A model generated the notes under the pieces. It did no database searches, was not told the DNA's origin, and saw nothing but the letters and a program-made list of their open reading frames with translations. 64,000 nt of DNA. Origin: Candidatus Latescibacterota bacterium (GTDB taxonomy: Bacteria; Latescibacterota; UBA2968). Below, piece by piece: positions 35,384-44,981 of the stretch; position 1 is the first letter of the stretch, and each line of letters begins with the position of its first letter. The position numbers were made by a program, and so were the translations under genes. Location of the stretch: contig OZ242320.1 of assembly GCA_965208125.1 (NCBI GenBank), forward strand, positions 4,000,001 to 4,064,000, in the 5' to 3' direction.

Positions 35384-36706
35384 ATGTCAGATTTACAGCT
35401 TGAGTCTATTGAACTCTGGGCGCCGCATCCGACCGCCGCGCCGTTGACAGAGCGCAGTGGGGATACGCTGGCAATTGCCGCAAATGGGACGCGTACCTGT
35501 ATTGGCGGATGGCAGATCGCGTATTCGGGTGTGGAGGCCGGCAAGATATATGAGATCGTTGCCCAGTCGCAGTTTCAAGATGTGGATACGGCACGCGATG
35601 TGTTGCGCTGTGAGGCGTATTGGGGCCACCTGGATCGGGACAGTGGGCGGCGCGGCGAAGTTCTGTCCTGGGATTATCTCCTTCCCGAATGGAACGGCGA
35701 TACCGTGCAATTTTCACGGCGTCTCACTGCTCCGGAAGATGCCGAACACTTGACTGTGCGCTATACGTTTCGCTGGTCGGTTGTGGGATCATCCGAATGG
35801 CAATTGCCCCATGTGATCGCGACAGATGTGGCAGAATCATACAAACCCGTGAAAATTTGTGTCGCGACGGGACGGCGAGCAGACCGCGACCGGCGGTTTG
35901 AGTCGATTCGGGACAATGTCGATCTTTATTTGCCTTTGTGCCGGGAGATATGTGAAAAAGAAAAACCCGATTTGATTGTGTTGCCCGAGATCGCATTGCA
36001 ATACGGGATTAAAGGCAGTCCCCTGGAACTGGCAGTGCCCGTGCCGGGGTCTGAGGCGGAGCCGTTTGCGGATGTTGCGCGCGATTATGGCGTATATGTA
36101 CTGTTGGGTGTGATTGAACGGGATGGCGATGCCGTTCACAATACAGCTGTGTTGTTCGCGCCCGACGGCGGCGTGGATGGCAAATATCGCAAGGTGCATC
36201 TGGCAGTGGGTGGCGAGATGGATTCGGGTATTTTGCCAGGTGATGATTTTCCTGTATTCGATACGGAGATTGGACGGATTGGGTGCAATATTTGTATGGA
36301 TTCTTCGGCGGCTGAATCGTCGCGGATGATTGGGTTAAATGGCGCGGACTTTTTGTTGTTGCCAATTATGGGCGATCACCGCGCGTGGCATCCAGAAGAT
36401 CATACGTGGGATCCCGAGCGCTTTCGCGGGATTATGCAGACGCGAGCACTGGATAATCAGTTGTGTATGGTGGTGGCGGTAAATCGCGCGGAGGGCAGTT
36501 GTATTATTGATCGCACCGGGCATGTGCTGGCATGGAATGATGGCAGTGAACCGTTTGTGACCGCAGAGGTGAATCTCGTAGATGGATTCAGACCGAAGAG
36601 TCGCGGGTGCTTTCGCGGGATTAACTGGATGCAGCGACGACCACATACCTATCGCGCTTTTGTCGATGAAAAGAACGCGGGGACATTGAAGGCTGAGGCG
36701 TATTGA
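35384..36706 (+). CDS. carbon-nitrogen hydrolase (nitrilase superfamily) with N-terminal extra domain
   Basis: E-K-C triad: 'VLPE', 'YRKVHL', 'ICMD'. Confidence 0.88.
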   Translation: MSDLQLESIELWAPHPTAAPLTERSGDTLAIAANGTRTCIGGWQIAYSGVEAGKIYEIVAQSQFQDVDTARDVLRCEAYWGHLDRDSGRRGEVLSWDYLLPEWNGDTVQFSRRLTAPEDAEHLTVRYTFRWSVVGSSEWQLPHVIATDVAESYKPVKICVATGRRADRDRRFESIRDNVDLYLPLCREICEKEKPDLIVLPEIALQYGIKGSPLELAVPVPGSEAEPFADVARDYGVYVLLGVIERDGDAVHNTAVLFAPDGGVDGKYRKVHLAVGGEMDSGILPGDDFPVFDTEIGRIGCNICMDSSAAESSRMIGLNGADFLLLPIMGDHRAWHPEDHTWDPERFRGIMQTRALDNQLCMVVAVNRAEGSCIIDRTGHVLAWNDGSEPFVTAEVNLVDGFRPKSRGCFRGINWMQRRPHTYRAFVDEKNAGTLKAEAY

Positions 36707-36709
36707 GAA

Positions 36710-38272
36710 TTATATGCCGAGTGCGATTTGTTCGCATCTGGCATATTTTTTAACCAGTTCGTCATACACTGCGGTGTTGGTTGGCCTGGCGGCGGAGCCG
36801 GATATGGGTTCGGCGATGCCCTTGCTGATGTCTTCCCAGGTGGTGTTTTGTCCGGAGGCGTTGAGGTGCGCATGCGCTGCGCGGAGAGCCGCGCCGAGTG
36901 CCGCGCTATTGGTGACTTCAAATTGATGAACGGGACAGTTTTGCACGTCGGCCATGATCTGGAGGATTTCGGGATTGACCGAGGCACCGCCTGTGACGTA
37001 GATGGCTGAAGGACGCACGCCCATCCATTCTGAGTGAATGCGCATGGACATCATTTGTGCCTCGACAACCGCGCGGCAATTTCCAGCGGTGTCCTGTTCG
37101 TCGAGGTCAAAACGGTGTACGCCGGGTTTGAGAACATTGGGCACGATTTCTGGTTCAAAATAGGGGAGCATGATTTTGCCATTATTGCCCGGGGGGGTGG
37201 ATTGGAGTGCATGGGAAAAACCGTCCCAGTCCAGACCATGAGATTTGCGAACGGCTTCGCGGGCGAGGGAGCCGTTTTTGAAACATATAAGGGTCATATA
37301 GTCACCAGTGGGCGAGACAAAGACGTGACCTTCGCCGCGCGGATCGGTCTGGCAATTTTTCATTGTGCCAAAGTAGGTGTCGCTGGTGCCGAGTGAGATG
37401 GCGACGAGACCCTCTCGGATGAGACCGAGGCCGATGACGCTGTTGGGATTGTCGCCCGACCAGACGAGCGCCTGTGCATTGGGATTGACGCCGTATTTAT
37501 CGATAAAGTAGGGGTTCACTGTGCCGATAATTGCGCGGGATTCTGCAAGCGAGGGCAGACGATGGGATAGATTGGGTGCTGTGGCATCGCGTGCGGCAGC
37601 ATGCCAGGTTCGGATCTGAATGTCCATCAAATTCATGCCTGCGCCATCGCCGTGATCGATGGGGGCAACTTTGCCCGCAATCAGAGAGGCCATGAAGGAA
37701 GAGACGAGCATGATGTGTGCGGTGTTGTTATAAGCATCGGGTTGTGTTTTGTAGAATTTGCGAATCTGTGGTCCCGTGAAGCGCTCAAAGGTGGTAGATC
37801 CCGTGGTGCTGGCTGTGTCTTGGAGACCGCCGAGGGCGTCGCAAATTTCATCGCATTCGGCGCGGGTAGAGGAATCCATCCAGATGGGAGATGTGTCGCG
37901 GGAGAATATATCGCCGAGATTTTCTACAAGGGATTTTGATGGGTTGAGATTGGATAGGATATCCGCATTTTTGAGATAGACAGAGCCGTGTTGTTGCCCC
38001 GAGCCAGAGATGGCGCGGATATTGCCGAGGGTTATGCCCTCGGTTTTCATTTTGTCAAAAAGCACATCGAGGGCTTCCGCCCACATGAGAGGTGGCGAGT
38101 GGACAATTTTGGGGTCGGGGTGGTCGAGGACGCCATTTTGAGTGCCATAATGCGGCAGTGTTTCGTCGTAGTTCAGTGAAACGTCGTACACGACTTTGCG
38201 GATGTCGATGTCTATGATAATAGCACTCAAGCTCTGCGTGCTGGCGTCAAGCCCGAGATAGAGGTTGCTCAT
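36710..38272 (-). CDS. FGGY family kinase, eukaryote-type D-xylulokinase-like
   Basis: 'LYLGLDASTQSL', 'SGSGQQHGSVY', 'IWMDSST', 'ERFTGPQIRK', 'ISLGTSDT'. Confidence 0.88.
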   Translation of the reverse strand: MSNLYLGLDASTQSLSAIIIDIDIRKVVYDVSLNYDETLPHYGTQNGVLDHPDPKIVHSPPLMWAEALDVLFDKMKTEGITLGNIRAISGSGQQHGSVYLKNADILSNLNPSKSLVENLGDIFSRDTSPIWMDSSTRAECDEICDALGGLQDTASTTGSTTFERFTGPQIRKFYKTQPDAYNNTAHIMLVSSFMASLIAGKVAPIDHGDGAGMNLMDIQIRTWHAAARDATAPNLSHRLPSLAESRAIIGTVNPYFIDKYGVNPNAQALVWSGDNPNSVIGLGLIREGLVAISLGTSDTYFGTMKNCQTDPRGEGHVFVSPTGDYMTLICFKNGSLAREAVRKSHGLDWDGFSHALQSTPPGNNGKIMLPYFEPEIVPNVLKPGVHRFDLDEQDTAGNCRAVVEAQMMSMRIHSEWMGVRPSAIYVTGGASVNPEILQIMADVQNCPVHQFEVTNSAALGAALRAAHAHLNASGQNTTWEDISKGIAEPISGSAARPTNTAVYDELVKKYARCEQIALGI

Positions 38273-38281
38273 GGATACTCC

Positions 38282-39067
38282 TTAGGATTCATAAATAATC
38301 GGGCATTTCGATAGATCGTCAATGTGTCGGACAAGGCCCTGTCGCTCATCGTTGACGGGGCGCGATTTTTCGGTGCGCATGTGAATAGCAAAGCTGCGAC
38401 GAGGTCCATTGGATCGGTTGGGTCCGCTGCCGTGGAGCGTGAAGCAGTCGTGCAGGCTCAATGCGCCGGGGGGCAGGAGCATGGGAACTTCTCGCCAGGT
38501 GGCCTGTTCGGGTATTGATATGCCACTGCGCAATGTGTCGAGGTTCTGTTGTTGAAAGCCAAACTCGATGTCCAAAAGCCCCCAGCGGTGTGATCCGGGA
38601 ACAAAGCGCATGGGTCCGGTATCGGGTGTGATGTTGCTGAGGGCAACCCACGCTGTGAAGAGTTCGCTGCCTTCTTCCCATATTCGCCAGTAGTAGCGGT
38701 CCTGATGCCAGCCGATGTTGGTGACGCGTTGATCGGTGGGTTCGCCCACGGGTTTGTAGAGCAGTTGTACCCACCATACTTGCACCATTTTTGCTCCTGT
38801 GACTTCAGCGGCGAGTTTGCCGAGGGCGGGATGCGAGACCAGGTCCATGATGGCGTGACTGGCAAATTGCGGCATTTCAATTTTGCAAAGTGCTTTGGGA
38901 TCATCGCCGGGGTTCCATCGGGAGTTTTCAGGTGGGTGTCCGGTATCGTACTTACCCGCACGTACAGCATCCATGCCTTCAATTGCAGCATTGACGACAT
39001 CGGTTGGAAAAACCGGGTCAGAAATAGTGCAAAAACCATCTTTTTGATATCGTTCCGAAAGGGTCAT
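38282..39067 (-). CDS. PhyH family dioxygenase
   Basis: 'WHQD', 'WVAL', 'GPMRFVPGSH', 'TLHGS', PRR. Confidence 0.9.
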   Translation of the reverse strand: MTLSERYQKDGFCTISDPVFPTDVVNAAIEGMDAVRAGKYDTGHPPENSRWNPGDDPKALCKIEMPQFASHAIMDLVSHPALGKLAAEVTGAKMVQVWWVQLLYKPVGEPTDQRVTNIGWHQDRYYWRIWEEGSELFTAWVALSNITPDTGPMRFVPGSHRWGLLDIEFGFQQQNLDTLRSGISIPEQATWREVPMLLPPGALSLHDCFTLHGSGPNRSNGPRRSFAIHMRTEKSRPVNDERQGLVRHIDDLSKCPIIYES

Positions 39068-39074
39068 GATAACC

Positions 39075-39686
39075 TCACGCCATGTGTCGCCGCGATACTT
39101 GCAAAAAACGCACAGCGCGCTGTCCCAGCCGTTTTAACAGGTCCAGATCTTGCCGCGCTTTGGCCAGTATCAAAATGCCTTCGTAATACGCCCACAATGC
39201 CAGAGCTGTTTCCCGCGTATCCATGGGAGCCAGATCACTGGCTTCTACTGCTTCATCGAGTGTTCTTTGTAATCGACCGATTACATCCTCAAAAATGCGG
39301 TCAATTTTATGGCGGATCAGCGGCTCGTGCGCGCTCATTTCTACGGCGAGGTTGCCAAACGGACACCCACAAAGCTGTTTGTGCTGTTCGTAAAATTGAC
39401 AATTTTGCTCATAGACCAGTTCAAAAAAATGCGAGATCCGCTCCAGAGGTGGTCGTTCTGATGAAAAAGCCCGCTCCCATGCGGTCTCCCGCGTAATCTC
39501 CCACCATCGGTCTAATGAAGCGAGTACCAGGTCTTGCTTGGTCTCAAAGAAGTGGTAAAAACTCCCCTTTTTTACCCCGGCAGCTTTGCACAATTCCTGC
39601 ACGCCCACGTCGGTATAACTACGCGTAAAAAACAAATCCATCGCAGCCTGTATCAGCCGATCTTTTGCATCGCTCGTGCGTCCCAT
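39075..39686 (-). CDS. TetR/AcrR family regulator (NemR/LmrA-like)
   Basis: HTH 'AGVKKGSFYHFFETK'; 'GCPFGNLAVEM'. Confidence 0.92.
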   Translation of the reverse strand: MGRTSDAKDRLIQAAMDLFFTRSYTDVGVQELCKAAGVKKGSFYHFFETKQDLVLASLDRWWEITRETAWERAFSSERPPLERISHFFELVYEQNCQFYEQHKQLCGCPFGNLAVEMSAHEPLIRHKIDRIFEDVIGRLQRTLDEAVEASDLAPMDTRETALALWAYYEGILILAKARQDLDLLKRLGQRAVRFLQVSRRHMA

Positions 39687-39822
39687 GATGTGCCTTTTAC
39701 GATAGATTCGACAAGTCTGCGTCTTTTTTTTATTTTGCTTTGAGTTTTGTAAATTGATAACATGGACTATTCTAAAACTAAATATAGTCTATCCACACCG
39801 ACTTTTCAACAAGGAGCTTTAC

Positions 39823-40452
39823 ATGCGCGTCATTGCAATTGGCACGGAATACACGGGCAAAACCACGCTGGTTCAAGCCATTCAAAAATGGGGCATGGAG
39901 CGCGGTATTCGCCATCACATGGACGATCACTTTTCCATTCCCGATCAGCAAACCCTTACAGATCCCGCAGATCAAAAGGCTATGAACGAAGTGCCATCGC
40001 CCATCAAAGAGCGTTTTCAGCGGTTTCAGATCGCTTATCATGTGCGCCTGGTACACAATTACCAGCACGTTTTGCTCACGGGTTTCCACATTGAGGAAAT
40101 GGTGTACGGTCAACGCTATTATTATCCCGATCTGGCGCGCCCGGTCGAAAATCCCCAGGCATGGGAAAAAGACATGCCCAAAGATATTATTCTGGTGCAT
40201 CTCACAGCCAGTCCCGAGGTTATCAAACAGCGCATGAAAGACGATCCACACGATTTTCCCATTGTGCCCGAATCGGATATCGAAGAAGTCCAGGAGGCAT
40301 TCCACGAAGAATTTCGCAAGTCATTTTTTAAACAAAAATTTCAGATCAATACATCAGATCTGAACGCAGATACACTGCTCAAAGCCTTTCTCGACCAATC
40401 ATTTCCCTATCTCACTGCCGCTGATCACGCCATTCGGTTGGCGAGACCGTAG
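39823..40452 (+). CDS. P-loop nucleoside/nucleotide kinase-like protein
   Basis: Walker A 'GTEYTGKT', 'LVHLTASPEVIKQR'; AAGGAG RBS. Confidence 0.7.
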   Translation: MRVIAIGTEYTGKTTLVQAIQKWGMERGIRHHMDDHFSIPDQQTLTDPADQKAMNEVPSPIKERFQRFQIAYHVRLVHNYQHVLLTGFHIEEMVYGQRYYYPDLARPVENPQAWEKDMPKDIILVHLTASPEVIKQRMKDDPHDFPIVPESDIEEVQEAFHEEFRKSFFKQKFQINTSDLNADTLLKAFLDQSFPYLTAADHAIRLARP

Positions 40453-40547
40453 TTAAAGATGAGGGACTGGGGATTGGTTCCCACCTCCAACCAGCCCCTT
40501 TGTATCTTTGTGTGAGGCATCTACTCCATCCTTCGAGGTAATTCATA

Positions 40548-41948
40548 TTGTCATCTCCATCTCCCGATATGCGCCTCGCGTTCGACGATGGCACGCTCGT
40601 TCTTCTGGATCCGCCAGCAGACTATGAACCGCCATCTCCATTTATATGGGATAGCCGCGTGGGACGCTGGCGCGCTCAGGCACATCGGTATCGCAATATT
40701 CTTGAAGCATTACAGGCTCAGGATGTTGGGATAAAAAATGTGGTCCCGCGCTACAATCGCCTCAAACTCAATTTTAACCGAGAACACACCCCGCATCCGC
40801 ATCAGGCTGAAGCCTTTGATGCCTGGCAATCAAATCAATATCGCGGCGTGGTTGTTCTGCCCACGGGGTCGGGCAAGTCGCTTCTGGCGCTGATGGGTAT
40901 TGCGGAAATCGGTCGCAGTACGCTTGTTGTCGCGCCTACGATTGATCTTATGAATCAGTGGTATGACTTGCTCAAAGATGCCTTTTCATGCGATATCGGT
41001 ATCCTGGGCGGAGGCTATCACGAGCTTGAAGACCTCACTGTAACGACTTATGACAGTGCGTATATGCACATGGACCGCTATGGCAATCGCTTTGGTTTTC
41101 TCGTTTTTGACGAGGTCCATCACTTGCCCGGAGAATCCTATTCCCACGGTGCGGAACTTTCTATTGCTCCCTATCGCCTGGGGCTTACAGCCACGCTCGA
41201 ACGTCCCGATGGTCGCCATCTTATGCTGCGCGATCTCGTGGGTCCAACCGTTTATGAAAAGGGTATCCGCGATTTGTCGGGCGACTATCTCTCGGAGTAC
41301 AATACAGAGCGCATAGAAGTCGATATGGTGGCCGAAGAGCGCGCCGAATACGAAACCGCGCGTTCGCAATTCAGTGATTTTCTGGAGTCCAAGAATCTGC
41401 GGTTGGGCAGTGCTTCTGGATGGCAAAATTTTGTACGCCTCTCGGCTCGTTCCAGCGATGGCCGAAGGGCGATGCTCGCCTATCGCCGCTACCGAAAAGT
41501 CGCTCTGGGCACAACTGCTAAGTTGCGCGTGCTGGAAGATCTGCTGAAAAAACATCCGCGCGACCGCATGCTCATTTTCACCAACGACAACGAAACTGTT
41601 TATACGATTTCAGAACAATTTCTCATTCCCGCCATTACGCACCAGACCCGCACGAAGGAGCGCAGGGAAATTCTCAAAGCTTTTAACCAGGGCGATATTC
41701 TCGCGCTTGTCACTTCTCGCGTACTCAATGAAGGGGTCAACGTGCCCGAGGCCAATGTCGCAGTTGTGCTTTCGGGCACGAGTACTATCCGCGAACACGT
41801 CCAGCGATTGGGGCGCATTTTGCGCCGCCGCGAAGGCAAACACGCCATTCTCTACGAGGTGATCTCTCGCAATACGGTTGAAGACCGCATTTCCCGCCGC
41901 CGCAGACAACACGACGCGTACGATGGGAAGCAACAACAAATGTTTTAG
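40548..41948 (+). CDS. SF2 DEAD/DEAH helicase, XPB/Rad25 (SSL2)-like
   Basis: 'LPTGSGKS', DEVH, 'GLTAT', 'NEGVNVP', 'QRLGRILR'; start may be 40569. Confidence 0.9.
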   Translation: MSSPSPDMRLAFDDGTLVLLDPPADYEPPSPFIWDSRVGRWRAQAHRYRNILEALQAQDVGIKNVVPRYNRLKLNFNREHTPHPHQAEAFDAWQSNQYRGVVVLPTGSGKSLLALMGIAEIGRSTLVVAPTIDLMNQWYDLLKDAFSCDIGILGGGYHELEDLTVTTYDSAYMHMDRYGNRFGFLVFDEVHHLPGESYSHGAELSIAPYRLGLTATLERPDGRHLMLRDLVGPTVYEKGIRDLSGDYLSEYNTERIEVDMVAEERAEYETARSQFSDFLESKNLRLGSASGWQNFVRLSARSSDGRRAMLAYRRYRKVALGTTAKLRVLEDLLKKHPRDRMLIFTNDNETVYTISEQFLIPAITHQTRTKERREILKAFNQGDILALVTSRVLNEGVNVPEANVAVVLSGTSTIREHVQRLGRILRRREGKHAILYEVISRNTVEDRISRRRRQHDAYDGKQQQMF

Positions 41949-41959
41949 AAGGAGACGCT

Positions 41960-42577
41960 GTGCATATCGAAGATCTCTTTACCCCGGCCCAACGCGTGCT
42001 TGTCGCCCACCTTCACAGCCGCGACCAGGAGGAGCGCCGAGCCGGTTCTACAGATCCGCTGCGCCTCAAGGCCGCCAGCCCAGAGGTGGCTCATTATCTG
42101 TGTCTCACTGCGGTTCACCAACGCGCGAGGACGCTGGTCGAATTTGGCACTTCGCACGGCTATTCCACTTTGCATCTGGCTGCCGCGGCGCAGCACACGG
42201 GAGGCCGCGTTTTCACCCTGGATCAGATGCCGGAGAAAACCGCGGCGGCTCAGGGCAATTTGCGAGCTGCTGGTCTGGACCATCTGGTGGAATGCCATAC
42301 GAGTACCGGTGATGCCTTTATCACGGCTCTTCCCGATCGCGTGGATTTCGTCTTTGTTGATTTTGGTCTGCACGCTTTCGCGCCTATGTTCGATATGTTG
42401 GAAAGCCGCCTGGTGCCAGGAGCTTTCATCTTTGTCGATGGCTGGTCTGCGGTTGAGCAATGGTACATGGATCCGGATTGGTCTGCCTTTAAGAGCCGCC
42501 TGGACGAGGATACCGATTATCTGACATGTATTCTACCCCTGCAAAAGTCGCACCTCATTGCCATTAAACGGTCCTAA
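41960..42577 (+). CDS. class I SAM-dependent O-methyltransferase
   Basis: 'VEFGTSHGYSTL', 'VDFVFVD'. Confidence 0.85.
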   Translation: MHIEDLFTPAQRVLVAHLHSRDQEERRAGSTDPLRLKAASPEVAHYLCLTAVHQRARTLVEFGTSHGYSTLHLAAAAQHTGGRVFTLDQMPEKTAAAQGNLRAAGLDHLVECHTSTGDAFITALPDRVDFVFVDFGLHAFAPMFDMLESRLVPGAFIFVDGWSAVEQWYMDPDWSAFKSRLDEDTDYLTCILPLQKSHLIAIKRS

Positions 42578-42691
42578 AAAAAGATGGCCCGATTCCGAAC
42601 GAGAGATATTTTGAAATGCGGTTGACAAAATGGCGTTGTTGCTACACTTTTTGTTTTTGAGGATAATTGAATCCGCGGCAACATCTATAAA

Positions 42692-42991
42692 ATGGATCTG
42701 ACAATGGACAAAAGAGAAATAGTGAATACGCTAAAGGCATTGAAACCCGATCTTTTGCAACACAAAGTGCGAGAAATTGGCTTATTTGGATCTTTTGTGC
42801 GAGATGAGCAGCAAAATACCAGTGATATAGATGTCTTGATAGATTTTGACGATGATGCCAGCTTATTTGATCTGATTAGAGTCGGAGATTTTTTGGAAAC
42901 AAAACTTCATCGCAAGGTAGATGTTGTCCCCAAAGAGTCACTTCGAGAGGAAATTCGAGACACTGTTTTAAAAGAAATGATAGTGTTGTGA
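42692..42991 (+). CDS. minimal nucleotidyltransferase (MntA-type antitoxin)
   Basis: 'GLFGSFVRDEQ...SDIDVLIDF', 'RKVDVV'. Confidence 0.9.
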   Translation: MDLTMDKREIVNTLKALKPDLLQHKVREIGLFGSFVRDEQQNTSDIDVLIDFDDDASLFDLIRVGDFLETKLHRKVDVVPKESLREEIRDTVLKEMIVL

Positions 42992-43058
42992 AGACATGCC
43001 TAAAGCCAAACCACACCTTCAGCAACTTTTAGCTGATATAACCCAAAACAAAAAGTAG
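42990..43058 (+). pseudogene. probable C-terminal remnant of HepT/DUF86 toxin
   Basis: EDMPKAKPHLQQLLADITQNKK* directly after the MNT stop resembles a DUF86 C-terminal helix. Confidence 0.45.
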
Positions 43059-43069
43059 AAAGGCATACC

Positions 43070-43921
43070 ATGGACCTGACGAAACAACCGCCTCGCCGAC
43101 CTACCAACACCTCGATGCTCGGTATTGTTTCGCTTGCGCGTTTGACCGATAAAGCGCGGGCGCACCGGGCAAATACGATTGGCGAACATCTCTATGGCGA
43201 GAACTCGGGGTTGGACAAGATAGTACTCGATTTTCTCGGCGTTTCACACGATGATTTTGCCGATGCAGCCCAGCGTAGGAATGACGCCGAATTGTGCGAT
43301 TGGTTGCGCGAAAATTACCCTAAAACTGAAGACGAGATCCAGGCGTACAATAACGAGCTTCTCACCTGGGAACCCTTTGATGATGCGAGCCGTCAGCGCT
43401 TAAAAGATCGTCTTGAAAAATTCAACGCCGATCCCGATAAGGTGAAAACGATGCTCCAATCTATGGAACTTGACGACTGGGGGTGTTTTCGGGATACCGA
43501 TCTGACCCAACATCCACCGCGTTCGCCGTATAATAGTGATGTTGCAGGCATTTACGGCGGATCGCGCATGGGCGATAAAGCACGCGCGGCAAAGGCGGAC
43601 AAGCTCAACGATTATATCTACGATTGTCCCATTGACAAAGTCATTCTCGATTTTCTCAATATATCCGCCGACGATTTTCAGGATGCAGCCTATCACAATG
43701 TCAACGATATCGAACTCGGCGATTGGGTGCTCGAACACACGGATCGCACTCAGGATGAAATTTTGGGTCTGAACGAGGCTCTCTCTCAGAAGGGCCCCGA
43801 TAATGACGAGCAACGCGCAATTTTCAATATAACGCTCAAGCGCGTGGCACCTGGGCGCACCGATATCACCACATGGTTTGACCTTCTCGATCTCGACGAC
43901 GCACACGCCTACAATCTATAA
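43070..43921 (+). CDS. tandem DUF5069 domain protein
   Basis: two copies of 'DLTxxPPR...RxxDKARA...LDFLxxSxDDF...LDD'. Confidence 0.75.
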   Translation: MDLTKQPPRRPTNTSMLGIVSLARLTDKARAHRANTIGEHLYGENSGLDKIVLDFLGVSHDDFADAAQRRNDAELCDWLRENYPKTEDEIQAYNNELLTWEPFDDASRQRLKDRLEKFNADPDKVKTMLQSMELDDWGCFRDTDLTQHPPRSPYNSDVAGIYGGSRMGDKARAAKADKLNDYIYDCPIDKVILDFLNISADDFQDAAYHNVNDIELGDWVLEHTDRTQDEILGLNEALSQKGPDNDEQRAIFNITLKRVAPGRTDITTWFDLLDLDDAHAYNL

Positions 43922-43923
43922 TA

Positions 43924-44196
43924 ATGTCCGAACCTGTCGAACTTCCCATTGATGGCGAACTCGATCTCCATCTCTTTCATCCGCGCGATGTCAAAGCTCT
44001 TGTGCCCGATTACCTGGATGAATGCAAAGAGCGCGGTATTTCCGATGTGCGTATTATTCACGGCAAAGGCACGGGTGCGCTGCGGGAAACCGTCCACGTG
44101 ATTCTGAAACGCCGGCCGGATGTCGTCGCATATTATCTCACCGATCACAACTGGGGTTCGACCTCTGTTGTTCTCAATTTGAAGACGCAATCGTGA
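43924..44196 (+). CDS. stand-alone Smr/MutS2 domain protein
   Basis: 'LDLH', 'IIHGKGTGALR', 'NWGST'. Confidence 0.92.
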   Translation: MSEPVELPIDGELDLHLFHPRDVKALVPDYLDECKERGISDVRIIHGKGTGALRETVHVILKRRPDVVAYYLTDHNWGSTSVVLNLKTQS

Positions 44197-44957
44197 CGCC
44201 CAATTTAGAACTCGTCGAATATATCCAAAATGCCGAGCGCATCCTTATCTTCACGGGCGCGGGTGTTTCCACTGCCAGTGGCATACCCGACTTCCGCGGG
44301 CCAGATGGCGTGTGGAAAACCCGGCGACCGGTTTATTACCGGGATTTTATGACCTCTGAAGAAGCGCGTATTGAAGCGTGGGATCAAAAACTCGAGGGCT
44401 GGGCTGCCTTTGAAAACGCCCGTCCCAATGCTGTTCACAAGGCTGTTGTGAAGCTCGAGCGAGCAGATAAAATCGAATGCGTCATTACGCAAAATATCGA
44501 TGGCCTGCATACCCGGGCTGGTACTTCACCCGAACGCTTGATCGAACTGCACGGGACTAATGCGGAAGTCGAATGCCAGACCTGCGGCAAACGCAGCGAT
44601 CCCGAACGCCACTACGCTGCCTTTCGCCGTACAAAAAAACCTCCTGTGTGCGAATGTGGAGGTTATCTCAAATCTGCGACCATTAGCTTTGGTCAACTGC
44701 TCATTGAAGCCGATTTGCACCGGGCAGCACAAGCTGCGGCCAATGCCGATCTGGCGATATCTCTGGGTTCTACTCTATCCGTCTATCCCGCCGCGAGCTT
44801 TCCATTGATGGCAGCAGAACGCGGTGTCCCTTATGTGATTATCAATAAGGGCAAAACTGATCACGACAGTTATGCACATCTCAAATTGCGCCTTGAAGGC
44901 GATGTAACAGAAATTTTTCCACTATCTGTAGAAGAAGCACTTGAGCCTGTCCTGTAA
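44193..44957 (+). CDS. cobB: Sir2 family NAD-dependent deacylase
   Basis: 'TGAGVSTASGIPDFRG', 'TQNIDGLH', 'ELHG', zinc Cys pairs; GTG overlaps the Smr stop. Confidence 0.92.
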   Translation: MTPNLELVEYIQNAERILIFTGAGVSTASGIPDFRGPDGVWKTRRPVYYRDFMTSEEARIEAWDQKLEGWAAFENARPNAVHKAVVKLERADKIECVITQNIDGLHTRAGTSPERLIELHGTNAEVECQTCGKRSDPERHYAAFRRTKKPPVCECGGYLKSATISFGQLLIEADLHRAAQAAANADLAISLGSTLSVYPAASFPLMAAERGVPYVIINKGKTDHDSYAHLKLRLEGDVTEIFPLSVEEALEPVL

Positions 44958-44981
44958 CAGGCGTTCAAGTCTTACCGCTTT

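Noticed and set aside
38705-39496. 263-aa plus-strand ORF
   Set aside because: Antisense across the PhyH and TetR genes; low-plausibility composition
39700-39792. Short palindromes between tetR and the kinase gene (GACTAT...ATAGTC)
   Set aside because: Plausible TetR operator but too short and degenerate to call from sequence alone
44193-44957. Sirtuin as a Thoeris/DSR-type NADase effector
   Set aside because: Has canonical CobB deacylase features (GIPDFRG, zinc-binding Cys pairs, about 255 aa) and no fused sensor domain
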